Positions 1 through 8,684 of a stretch of 64,000 nucleotides of DNA are shown piece by piece (position 1 is the first letter of the stretch; the number at the start of each line of letters is the position of its first letter). The translations under genes were made by a program, and so were the position numbers. Below the pieces are notes generated by a model that saw only the letters and a program-made list of their open reading frames with translations, made no database searches and was not told the origin of the DNA. The stretch comes from Acidobacteriota bacterium (lineage in GTDB: Bacteria > Acidobacteriota > UBA6911): positions 3,808,001 through 3,872,000 of the forward strand of contig OY761556.1 in the NCBI GenBank assembly GCA_963664705.1, in the 5' to 3' direction.

Positions 1-47
1 GCTCGGGAATATGGATTTCGGGCATCGGGTAAAACTATAACATAAAA

Positions 48-124
48 CAGTAGCCAGTAGTCAGTAGCCAGTAGTCAGTAGCCAGTAGTCAGCATAACTA
101 CTGACTACTGGCTACTGACTACTG
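48..124 (-). terminator. Heptamer (CAGTAGY)n inverted array forming a long hairpin; probable terminator of the aromatic cluster
   Basis: (CAGTAGC CAGTAGT)x3 at 48-89 pairs with (RCTACTG)x4 at 97-124, immediately after the stop codon at 132; T-rich tract follows on the minus strand. Confidence 0.6.
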
Positions 125-131
125 CTTTTAG

Positions 132-1085
132 TTAGCTGGGCGGCACTTTCCCCATTGCAGGCATGGGATCCTTGGGGCGTGCGACACGGGCAAATTCATA
201 TCCGGCCGCAATGATCGGGCTGAGCGTCCCCCCCGCCAACACCGTAAACCGCAGGCAGAGGCCGCCGAACAACCCGAGCACGGCAGCCAGACCGCCGGCC
301 ATTCCATGTCCTCCACTCAACTCCAGGAAGAACGGGATCACCAATCCACAGGCAATGACTCCAAGCCAGAATGCCGGCGCAACCGCTCCCGAAAGAACAC
401 GCCTGGCGGAGTACCTGGATTCCACCGTTCTATAGGCGTTGTACAGGAACACAACCAGCACAAACATCTCGAGCAGCAGAATCCAGACATCTATGCCCGC
501 CAACAACTCCAACTGCGTAGCCGCAACCCCCAGGCCTCCTCCAATCAGCATGATGGCCATGATGCCCGCCGATACCGCCGAAATGAAGAACAGCACCGGC
601 AACAGGGCGGTATGCCACAAAGAAATAGGTTGGCTATACCCGAGCAGAAGCCCCGTGTAAATCACCGTAAGAAACGCGAAAACAGCGCCCAGGGCGCCCA
701 CGATGTGGCGTGCCGATGCATCCTCAGCCAGTGCGCCCGGGAAAGGCCATACCAGCCATCCCATGTGAATGGCCGCAAAGATCATGAACAGGACAATGAT
801 GATCGTTCCCCTGGCAATCCATGAGGTCTTCGGTTTCATCCAGACCCTCCAGGCATTGAAAGGGTTGCCAAGATCGCAAAGCAGGAACATCGTCCCAAGG
901 AGCACACAGGGCAGGCCCAGTGTGATTCCGATCTTGGAAACGCTCATCCAGTCCGCACCGCCCGCCCAATCAGCGACAACACCCACCAGGTAAGCTCCGC
1001 CGCCGACGCCGGCCAGAAAGAGGTACGCGGCAATCAGCCAGCGCCACTCCACCTGGACCTGGCCCTCCAATTTCACGGATCCCAT
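132..1085 (-). CDS. NrfD/PsrC-family membrane anchor subunit of a molybdoenzyme (PadD-like)
   Basis: Highly hydrophobic, about 8 TM segments; motifs W.WLIAAYLFLAGVGGG, DLG.P, TSWIARG, YTGLLL; last gene after the Mo and Fe-S subunits. Confidence 0.85.
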   Translation of the reverse strand: MGSVKLEGQVQVEWRWLIAAYLFLAGVGGGAYLVGVVADWAGGADWMSVSKIGITLGLPCVLLGTMFLLCDLGNPFNAWRVWMKPKTSWIARGTIIIVLFMIFAAIHMGWLVWPFPGALAEDASARHIVGALGAVFAFLTVIYTGLLLGYSQPISLWHTALLPVLFFISAVSAGIMAIMLIGGGLGVAATQLELLAGIDVWILLLEMFVLVVFLYNAYRTVESRYSARRVLSGAVAPAFWLGVIACGLVIPFFLELSGGHGMAGGLAAVLGLFGGLCLRFTVLAGGTLSPIIAAGYEFARVARPKDPMPAMGKVPPS

Positions 1086-1134
1086 AAAATTCTCCTATCA
1101 GCAATTGTGCCCAAATTCCGGGTACCGCACGGAA

Positions 1135-1761
1135 CTACCTCGGGGGCAGATAATAGACTTTAGGTTCGGTGCCAACCTCAGGCCGCAGGACAAAACCGCG
1201 TTTTGTCTTGATGAGATAGGATGCTTCGCTTTCAGGGTCGTCGAGATCGCCGAAAACCCGCGCCTTCCCCGGACAGACCTGCACGCAGGCAGGTTCCTTT
1301 CCCCCGGCGCGTCGATCGAAGCAGAAATCGCATTTCGTAGAAACGCCGTTTCCGCTTTTCTCCTCCCAGGCCTTCATGCAGAACTTTTCATAATCGCTGA
1401 CTGGAAGCCCTTCGGGGAAATAGCTTTTGTACTCGCTTACCGAATAGCGCGCGCCGTACGGGCACGCCATCATGCAGTACTTGCACCCAATGCACTTGTT
1501 TTTGTCAATCCGGACGATTCCATCCTCTGTCTGGTAGGTTGCACCCGTAGGGCAGACCTTCATGCAATCCGGTTCTTCGCATTGATTGCAAAGCACCGGC
1601 AGCGCCTGCCGAACAGAATTGGGATACGTCCCTACCTCACCACGCAGGACACGGCTCCAGAACACGCCCGGTGGCGTATGGTTCGCTTGTTTGCATCCCA
1701 TGACGCAGGAATAGCATCCATAGCATCTCTTGAGGTCAATGACCATTCCGTAACGTGCCAT
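1135..1761 (-). CDS. 4x[4Fe-4S] electron-transfer subunit (PsrB/DmsB/NrfC type; PadC-like)
   Basis: MARYGMVIDLKRCYGCYSC, CNQCEEPDC..VCP, CIGCKYCMMACPY, KCDFC...PACVQVCP; ATG at 1761 preceded by GGAG. Confidence 0.9.
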   Translation of the reverse strand: MARYGMVIDLKRCYGCYSCVMGCKQANHTPPGVFWSRVLRGEVGTYPNSVRQALPVLCNQCEEPDCMKVCPTGATYQTEDGIVRIDKNKCIGCKYCMMACPYGARYSVSEYKSYFPEGLPVSDYEKFCMKAWEEKSGNGVSTKCDFCFDRRAGGKEPACVQVCPGKARVFGDLDDPESEASYLIKTKRGFVLRPEVGTEPKVYYLPPR

Positions 1762-1803
1762 ATTCAACTCCAAATAAAATTGTCCAAAGCCATCGGCCTG
1801 AAC

Positions 1804-1827
1804 GCCGGCGAGACGCCGGTGTTCCCG
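1804..1827. repeat. REP-like palindrome, family B (GCCGGCGAGACGCCGGTGTTCCC)
   Basis: GC-rich hairpin; related copies at 7193-7216, 7273-7292 and 18972-18992. Confidence 0.6.
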
Positions 1828-1832
1828 GCAAG

Positions 1833-4508
1833 CTACGCCTTATAGATTTTCACCCGGACGCAGATGTCCTGGCCTAAGGTCAGAGGATCCGTGTGCGCCC
1901 CATCCATCATGACGAGATCGTTGAAAAATGCCCCTTTGCCTTTGGCAATCGGCATGTAGTTCCCCCAGTGGCCGCCAATGGCGGCAATGGCCACATGGTG
2001 CGGTTCGATTCCTTCGCTCAGCGAAACCCAGCCCTTGACCCGTTTGCCCTCCGGGTTTTCCAGCCAAACAAAGTCGCCGTCCTTGATCCCCTTCTCCTCG
2101 GCGGTCTTCCGGTGCATCTGGGTACCGTAGATATTGGGATCTTCCTGGGTGATCTCATCCAGGTACGGGTTTTGTTGCGTCATGGAATTGCACTGGGTAA
2201 CAGGGCGCCAGTAAAACGCATTCATATCGTATTCCGGCTTGTCGTGACCGTGGGTCGGACAGGGGAACCAATCCGCAAGCGCCTTAAAAACACCCCAGTT
2301 CAGATCGATGTACTTTTTCTCCGGATCGTACTCGCTGCAAATCTTGGTGATCTGTTCGCCGGCATCTATGAAATACTCGAAATAGATCGGAACCCTGGAG
2401 GGGTTGAACCACTTCCAGTACACGTCCTCCTTGCGCTTTGGCCATGTAAAGACCGCTGTCTTGCTGACGTGCTCCAATCCATGATCCGGCCCGAACCGGT
2501 CTTTCAGGAGACGATCCACAACATCCGGCCACGTATGCTCCCGGCTCCCGTCTTCACACAGTTTGTTTTCGGGACTGAACGGCCCGCCGTAGCGCATCAC
2601 CGTCATATCATTCAGCGCCTTGTAATATTTCGGCAGTATGTCAAGGCGCTTGCAGATTTCCATCAGCACCTCGTTGAAATCGCGCCGCTCATACATCGGC
2701 TTGATTGCCGGCTGCCGAATCGTCCAGCCCCAATCATCCTCCCCCTGCGGATGCGAAAACGTGGAGGGGAAGCTCACGGCAGGGGTGTATCGCTCGAGAT
2801 AGCAGGTATCCGGCAACACAATGTCGGCCACCGCTTCCTCGAATTCCGTGAGGTAGAGCTGGAAGGAAAAGATGAAGTTGAACTTCTTCAGGAAGTTCTC
2901 CGTCACGATCTCCGCATTCCCCATCGTCATAACCGAGTTGGACCCGAAATTGACCATGACGTCCGGACGGTAGCCGATTTTGAACTGGTCGAGGATGTCG
3001 AACCACTTATCATTCATGATAGTGAACGCATTGTAGATCGAGGTAGGGAACATATCGTGCAGGTCGAGTCGCGTCGGCGCTTTGGGCACTCGCAGCGGGT
3101 ACGGAACGTGGTCATAGACCCAGGCTTTTGCAACCAAAAGTCCATCTTCATCGGGGTATGGAATCTGGTAGGGCTTGCCCGTAGGCTTGTAGCCTTCGGT
3201 AACAGCCGCGCCCAAACCCATTGCGGCGCCGTAGGTATCGGCAGCGCCCAGGATGTGGTTGATCATATCAATGGAGAGACAGGTCCACCCGGAATTGACG
3301 TGCCCCTGGGAGCCTCTGAAGAAGTGCGCTGCTATCGGGCGCTTTGGAATTTTTTTCGGTCCCTGCTCCGTCTGGATCGTTACCGTAGCACCAATCTCGG
3401 CACATTCAACGATCTCTTTTCCCAGGCGGCGGATCGTGGCCGCCGGGATCCAGGTAATCTTCTCCACGTATTCGGGCGAGTACTTTTTGACGTGCTCTTT
3501 GAGGAGCTCGAACGCAGGACGGCATTTCACGCCATCAACTTCATATACTCCCAGCAAAGCCACATCATGCGCCGTGTCTTCATACTGAACACGCGTCACC
3601 GAGGGATCGTTGTGCACTTTAGGACAATTGTCCACCAGGTCCCAAACCAGCGGCTTATTGGTGGCTTTGTCCCGCATATATCGGCCATCCGAGGGCCGGA
3701 CCAGATAGGGCCCGTTTGTCTTGTACTTAAGGTATTCGTCATCCCAGACTCCAAGTTCGTTCAGAAATACATTCACGAACCCGAGAGCAAGCGCTCCGTC
3801 GGTACCGACACGGATCGGCACCCATTCATGCGCCTTGGACGCCTGCGGACTCTGCATAGGATCGAATGTGATCGTCCTGGCTCCGCGCGCCCGCGCGTCA
3901 GCGGCCTGCTGGGCATTCTGGATGGCGGTATGCCCGGCGCCATGCCCTTTCGAACAGCCGAAATTCAAGGGCAGGTTGCAGTGTGCGAAATCGGGAATGA
4001 TTGACCAGGCGACGTGCATGATGCCGTTCATGAAATGGGCGCCGTTTCCGCAGTGCAGCCCTCCTCCGGACACCCAGTAGTTGGGCGTTCCGAAAGCCTT
4101 GTTGAACGCGGTGACCGCATACCGGATCTCGGAAGCTTGTGTTGTCGTGGCCTGGAAGTAGGCGCCGCGCGAATCCCGCTCGTGGCATTCCTTCAGTTTC
4201 TTGACAATGGTATCAAGCGCTTCTTCCCAAGTGATCCTCACGAATTTCGGATCAACGCCGAGACCTTTCTGCGGGTTGGTTCGTTTCAGGGGATAGTTTA
4301 CGCGATACGGATCGTACAGCAGGTGTGTCCCGGCCAGACCCTTGACGCAGATTTTGCCCCGGCCCGTGGGAGCCTCCGGATTTCCTTCAATCTCCGTAAC
4401 CACTCCGTTCTGCCGATGAACACGGATACCGCACATGCAGTAGCACTGGCCGCAACATGTCGGAATCCAAACATCCTCCTGAACGCTAGACGCTTGTGTA
4501 GCAGCCAT
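1833..4508 (-). CDS. Mo/W-bisPGD (DMSO reductase family) catalytic subunit without a Tat signal; resembles phenylacetyl-CoA:acceptor oxidoreductase PadB
   Basis: N-terminal CGQCYCMC...C Fe-S motif, LYDPYRVNYPLKRTNP, ADIVLPDTCYLER, C-terminal molybdopterin-binding domain; no twin-Arg leader; the PadB assignment is inferred from context. Confidence 0.8.
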   Translation of the reverse strand: MAATQASSVQEDVWIPTCCGQCYCMCGIRVHRQNGVVTEIEGNPEAPTGRGKICVKGLAGTHLLYDPYRVNYPLKRTNPQKGLGVDPKFVRITWEEALDTIVKKLKECHERDSRGAYFQATTTQASEIRYAVTAFNKAFGTPNYWVSGGGLHCGNGAHFMNGIMHVAWSIIPDFAHCNLPLNFGCSKGHGAGHTAIQNAQQAADARARGARTITFDPMQSPQASKAHEWVPIRVGTDGALALGFVNVFLNELGVWDDEYLKYKTNGPYLVRPSDGRYMRDKATNKPLVWDLVDNCPKVHNDPSVTRVQYEDTAHDVALLGVYEVDGVKCRPAFELLKEHVKKYSPEYVEKITWIPAATIRRLGKEIVECAEIGATVTIQTEQGPKKIPKRPIAAHFFRGSQGHVNSGWTCLSIDMINHILGAADTYGAAMGLGAAVTEGYKPTGKPYQIPYPDEDGLLVAKAWVYDHVPYPLRVPKAPTRLDLHDMFPTSIYNAFTIMNDKWFDILDQFKIGYRPDVMVNFGSNSVMTMGNAEIVTENFLKKFNFIFSFQLYLTEFEEAVADIVLPDTCYLERYTPAVSFPSTFSHPQGEDDWGWTIRQPAIKPMYERRDFNEVLMEICKRLDILPKYYKALNDMTVMRYGGPFSPENKLCEDGSREHTWPDVVDRLLKDRFGPDHGLEHVSKTAVFTWPKRKEDVYWKWFNPSRVPIYFEYFIDAGEQITKICSEYDPEKKYIDLNWGVFKALADWFPCPTHGHDKPEYDMNAFYWRPVTQCNSMTQQNPYLDEITQEDPNIYGTQMHRKTAEEKGIKDGDFVWLENPEGKRVKGWVSLSEGIEPHHVAIAAIGGHWGNYMPIAKGKGAFFNDLVMMDGAHTDPLTLGQDICVRVKIYKA

Positions 4509-4546
4509 CTAAGTGTCCTTTCCTTGATGAATTTGCGCCGAAGGCG

Positions 4547-4634
4547 CCTTGGAGTGCGGCAGCAAGCTGCCGCCTTTCAACAGTGCTTTATCGCACACAT
4601 TACTAAAGCTCAAGCAAGCCTGCACACTCCAAGG
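4547..4634. repeat. REP doublet, family A (TTGGAGTGCGGCAGC...GCACTCCAA)
   Basis: Terminal inverted repeat CCTTGGAGTG / CACTCCAAGG with internal hairpins; homologous copies at 18866, 21770 and 30048. Confidence 0.75.
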
Positions 4635-4663
4635 GTTCCGCCGCAGATAAAAATGAAACATCC

Positions 4664-5857
4664 CTAAATCACTCCATCTGATTTCAGCTCTTCAATCTGC
4701 CTGCCGCTAAAGCCCAAAACATCAGCAAGAATCTCCCGCGTGTGCTCCCCCAAAACAGGCGGAGGGATGCGAACAGTCGCTTTCGATTCCGAATACTTGA
4801 CCGGAATGCCTACCAGCCTGATCTTTCCGGCTTTCGGATGATCCATTTCCACCAGCATATTCCTATGAAGCACCTGTGGATTCTGAAACACCTCGTCCAT
4901 CGTATTGATCGGAGCGCACGGGACTGCATCCTCGTTCAATAACTGAACCCATTCATCGCGAGGGCGTGTCTTCATGATAGGAGCGATGATCCCGATGCAC
5001 TCCTTGCGATTCCTGACACGCAGCGGATTCGTCTTGAATCGTGGATCATCAATCAATTCCGGCATTCCGATGATTTTGCAAAATCGGCTCCAGAGCTGGT
5101 CATTCCCAACGGCAACAATCACGTACTTATCTTTGGTTTCAAACCCCTGATACGGGACAATGGTTTCGTGCGCTGTCCCCCAGCGCCTGGGGATATCCCC
5201 GGAAACCAGATAGGAGCTTGCAATATTCACCAGCGCCGCGACCTGCGTCTCCAACAGCGACAAATCAACCCGTTGGCCCTTCCCTGTTTTTTCGCGCGCA
5301 TACAGAGCCGCGCAGATGGCGCCTTGTGCGGAAATACCCGTGGTAACGTCCGTGATCGCTACCCCCACTTTAACCGGGGGCCCCTCGGGCTCGCCTGTAA
5401 TACCCATAAGGCCGCCAAACGCAGACACAGCCAGATCGTAGCCTGCACGGTTACTAAAGGGACCATCGGGCCCGAAGCCGGTGATGGAACAGTAAATGAT
5501 GCGTGGGTTGATCGCGCTCAGCGTCTCATATCCGATGCCGAGCCCATCCATGGTTCCCGGAGTGAAGTTCTCGATGACGACATCGGATTTGAGGACAAGC
5601 GATTTCACGATCGCAATGCCCTCAGCCTTTTTCATGTCTATGGTGATGCTGCGCTTATTGCGATTGACACAGAGGAAATAGGCGCTTTCTCCAGGCGCTG
5701 CGAACGGCGGCCCCCAATGGCGAGTCTCATCGCCGACACCAGGGCGTTCGACCTTGATGACATCCGCACCAAGATCCCCCAGAATCATTGAACAATACGG
5801 TCCCGCCAACACCCTGGAAAGATCAAGCACTCGAATATCACTAAGCGGACCATTCAT
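4664..5857 (-). CDS. Family III (CaiB/BaiF) CoA-transferase
   Basis: PLSDIRVLDLSRVLAGPY, LGADVIKVE, NRNKRSITID, DVVIENF, AITD (catalytic Asp region), PPVLGEHT. Confidence 0.92.
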   Translation of the reverse strand: MNGPLSDIRVLDLSRVLAGPYCSMILGDLGADVIKVERPGVGDETRHWGPPFAAPGESAYFLCVNRNKRSITIDMKKAEGIAIVKSLVLKSDVVIENFTPGTMDGLGIGYETLSAINPRIIYCSITGFGPDGPFSNRAGYDLAVSAFGGLMGITGEPEGPPVKVGVAITDVTTGISAQGAICAALYAREKTGKGQRVDLSLLETQVAALVNIASSYLVSGDIPRRWGTAHETIVPYQGFETKDKYVIVAVGNDQLWSRFCKIIGMPELIDDPRFKTNPLRVRNRKECIGIIAPIMKTRPRDEWVQLLNEDAVPCAPINTMDEVFQNPQVLHRNMLVEMDHPKAGKIRLVGIPVKYSESKATVRIPPPVLGEHTREILADVLGFSGRQIEELKSDGVI

Positions 5858-5871
5858 ATAGACACCGAAGT

Positions 5872-5960
5872 AATTTCAGATTCCAGATTTCAGATTTTCG
5901 ATTCGAGATTTCACAAATTCAGATCAGGAATCCGGAATCGGGAATCTGAAATCTGGAATT
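5872..5960. repeat. Heptamer inverted array (ATTYCAG)n...(CTGRAAT)n
   Basis: Tandem 7-mers on both arms between the thiolase and CoA-transferase genes. Confidence 0.7.
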
Positions 5961-5965
5961 TATAT

Positions 5966-7168
5966 TCAGACTCTCTCCACAATTGTTGCGATGCCCTGGC
6001 CAACGCCGATGCACATTGAGACCAGACCATAGCGGGCACCTCGACGCCTCATCTCGTGGACAAGCGTTGTAAAGATCCGTGCTCCCGTGGACCCCAATGG
6101 ATGCCCAATCGCAATGGCCCCACCGTTGACATTTACTTTCGCCGGATCAAGCCCAAGTTCACGGATGCAAGGGATCGACTGGGCTGCAAACGCTTCATTC
6201 AGCTCAACCAGATCAATATCCCCAATCTTCAATCCCGCGCGCTCAAGCGCCTTGCGCGTCGCCGGCACCGGTCCCATGCCCATAAAGGATGGATGAACGC
6301 CTGCCACCGCGCTGGCAACAACGCGGACGATCGGGGCATACCCAAGTTCCCGGGCTGTCTGTGCATCCATCAACAGCACTGCGGCGGCGCCATCGTTCAC
6401 GCCACTTGCATTGCCGGCTGTGACAGTCCCGTCCTTTTTGAATGCAGGCGGCAGTTTCGCCAATTGCTCGATGGTGACATCAGGCCGCGGATGCTCATCC
6501 CGGTCAACCAGGATAACCTCGCCCTTCTTGGCTCCCTTTGTCGGAACATTGACAATCTCATCTTTGAACCTGCCGGCAGTAAAAGCCGCACCCCATTTCT
6601 GCTGGGTTTTAAGGGCAAACTCGTCCTGTTCCTGCCTAGTAATGCCGTACTTCGCAGCAACGTTCTCCGCCGTCTCACCCATCCCTTCGATTCCATATTT
6701 CTCTTTCATCTTCGGATTCACGAAACGCCAGCCAATGGTCGAATCATAAACTGCGGCATCACGGGAGAATGCAGAGTCGGCCTTGGGGAAGACAAAAGGC
6801 GAGCGGGTCATGGACTCTGTGCCGCCGGCAATAAACACGTTCCCTTCGCCAACCTTGATCGCCTGCGCGGCGCTATTGATTGCATTCAGCGCCGATCCGC
6901 ACAAACGGTTGATGGTCTGGCCTCCCACCTCAACAGGATATCCGGCCAACAACAGGGCCATCCGCCCAACATTCCGGTTGTCATCGCCAGCCTGATTCGA
7001 GCATCCAAAGATCACATCCTCAACTTTGTTGGGATCGAGATTATTGCGCTTGGTAATTTCCGCTATGCAGAGTGCCGCGAGATCATCGGAGCGGACATCC
7101 TTGAGTACGCCGCCATATTTCCCTACGGGTGTGCGAACTGCATCGACAACAACAGCGTCCTTCATCAC
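5966..7168 (-). CDS. Thiolase (PcaF/PaaJ-like; candidate 3-oxopimeloyl-CoA thiolase)
   Basis: TINRLCGS (catalytic Cys), [18 protein letters not shown]; AGGAGG RBS. Confidence 0.92.
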   Translation of the reverse strand: MMKDAVVVDAVRTPVGKYGGVLKDVRSDDLAALCIAEITKRNNLDPNKVEDVIFGCSNQAGDDNRNVGRMALLLAGYPVEVGGQTINRLCGSALNAINSAAQAIKVGEGNVFIAGGTESMTRSPFVFPKADSAFSRDAAVYDSTIGWRFVNPKMKEKYGIEGMGETAENVAAKYGITRQEQDEFALKTQQKWGAAFTAGRFKDEIVNVPTKGAKKGEVILVDRDEHPRPDVTIEQLAKLPPAFKKDGTVTAGNASGVNDGAAAVLLMDAQTARELGYAPIVRVVASAVAGVHPSFMGMGPVPATRKALERAGLKIGDIDLVELNEAFAAQSIPCIRELGLDPAKVNVNGGAIAIGHPLGSTGARIFTTLVHEMRRRGARYGLVSMCIGVGQGIATIVERV

Positions 7169-7192
7169 ATCCTCCTGTCCCAGCCAATTGGC

Positions 7193-7292
7193 CGGAGCGC
7201 CGGCGTCTCGCCGGCATCACATTTCGTTTACTGCATGCGCGTTCGATCAGCCTTCACAAATCTCCGTGCCACCGGGAGTGCCGACGTGCCGG
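7193..7292. repeat. Two REP-like palindromes, family B
   Basis: GGAGCGCCGGCGTCTCGCCGGC (7193-7216) and GGGAGTGCCGACGTGCCGG (7273-7292). Confidence 0.55.
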
Positions 7293-8081
7293 CTAGATGT
7301 ATTGTCCACCGTCGACCTTGATCACTTCGCCCGTGATGTGCCGCGCCTTTTCGGTGCAAAGGAACGTCACCACAAACGCGACCTCTTCCGGAGTTCCCAT
7401 TCTTCCGAGCACGATTTCAGCCATGGCTTTCTGCCGCACGTCCTCGGGAGCCTGCTTGACCATATCTGTTTCAATTAGCCCCGGAGCGACCGCATTACAG
7501 TTCACATTTGACTTTGCCAACTCGCGCGCAACAGTCTTGGTAAGTCCTATGATCCCAGCCTTGGCCGCTGTGTAATTGGCCTGGCCGAACTTGCCGCGCA
7601 ATCCGTTGATCGACGTCACATTCACGATCTTGCCGCTCCCCTGCTCCTTGAACAGCGGCGCCACCGCGCGGATATAGTTGAAGTAGCCCTTGAGGTTGAT
7701 ATCCAGCGCCTCATCCCACTGTTCTTCCGTCATCTTCCAGATCACCGCATCGCGGTTGACTCCGGCGTTATTGACGAGAATGTCGACGCGGCCGAATTCT
7801 TTCAGAACGCTGGCCACCATCGCCTGGGCATCCGCGAAACTGGCAACATCGGCGCGCACTGCCAATCCCCGGCGTCCCATGGCCGCGACCTGTTCGCAGA
7901 TTGCACGCGCCTCCGCATCGTGTTTGCGGTAGTTGATGGCAACGTTGGCGCCGTTTTTGGCAAAATCGAGTGCGCATGCGCTGCCGATTCCGAGACTTGC
8001 CCCTGTGACGATTGCTACCTTTCCATCAAGTTCCACGGGTTTACCCTCCAGAAATTTGGTCCTTTCCGCGGGATCTGCCAT
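7293..8081 (-). CDS. Short-chain dehydrogenase (FabG-like; BzdZ-like candidate 3-hydroxypimeloyl-CoA dehydrogenase)
   Basis: TGASLGIG, NNAG, YTAAK catalytic motif; substrate inferred from position in the bam cluster. Confidence 0.85.
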   Translation of the reverse strand: MADPAERTKFLEGKPVELDGKVAIVTGASLGIGSACALDFAKNGANVAINYRKHDAEARAICEQVAAMGRRGLAVRADVASFADAQAMVASVLKEFGRVDILVNNAGVNRDAVIWKMTEEQWDEALDINLKGYFNYIRAVAPLFKEQGSGKIVNVTSINGLRGKFGQANYTAAKAGIIGLTKTVARELAKSNVNCNAVAPGLIETDMVKQAPEDVRQKAMAEIVLGRMGTPEEVAFVVTFLCTEKARHITGEVIKVDGGQYI

Positions 8082-8090
8082 GTTCAGCAG

Positions 8091-8684
8091 TCATTCGCGG
8101 TTAAACGAAGCCAATGCTTCCGTCAATACATAGGCCGCCTGTAAAGCCGACGTCGGGCAGAGAGGAAAACACTCTTTACAGTTCCAGCATTCCTTCGCTG
8201 CCAGTTCCGGAATGAAGCTGATAGATCGATGCGCGCCCCTGTCCACAAACCCAATCGCATCCAACCGCTTCACTTCGGTGCAGTAGCGGACGCAAAGCCC
8301 GCACAGAACACAGAACGACGCCTCCTTCTCGAAACGATTCCTGTCTGCCCCATATTCCTGAGCAAGGCTGACCAATTCGGCCGAATCCGGCGCATGCGCC
8401 ATCAACTCCTCCAGCAGAACCCGGCGGATCCGGTTCACTTTTTCCGATCTCGTTCGAATCACGAATCCGTTCTCCACCGGACGGACGCAGGCTGCAACAT
8501 AGTTGATGCGCCCGTTTACTTCCGCTTCCACCGTGCAGACACGGCAGGCCCCATAAGCTTCCAGCTTTTCGTGATGACACAGTGTCGGAATGGAAATCCC
8601 AGCTTCGCGGGCAGCATCAAGAATTGTCATCCCATCTTTAGCCCGGATTTCTTTCCCATCAATCGTTATGAAGATATCGTTCAC
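8091..8684 (-). CDS. bamI: Class II benzoyl-CoA reductase subunit BamI (NuoG N-terminal-like Fe-S protein)
   Basis: IPTLC..GACRVC..AAC [2Fe-2S] motif, CVLCGLCVRYC, CWNCKECFPLCPT; overlaps the bamH stop. Confidence 0.85.
   Translation of the reverse strand: MNDIFITIDGKEIRAKDGMTILDAAREAGISIPTLCHHEKLEAYGACRVCTVEAEVNGRINYVAACVRPVENGFVIRTRSEKVNRIRRVLLEELMAHAPDSAELVSLAQEYGADRNRFEKEASFCVLCGLCVRYCTEVKRLDAIGFVDRGAHRSISFIPELAAKECWNCKECFPLCPTSALQAAYVLTEALASFNRE

Noticed and set aside
48-124. Repeat array as a possible CRISPR
   Set aside because: 7-bp tandem units with no unique spacers; no cas genes in the window
1893-4004. 703-aa plus-strand ORF, and other long antisense ORFs such as 6056..7321 and 23535..24842
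   Set aside because: Shadow frames opposite well-supported genes in GC-rich DNA; no recognisable motifs
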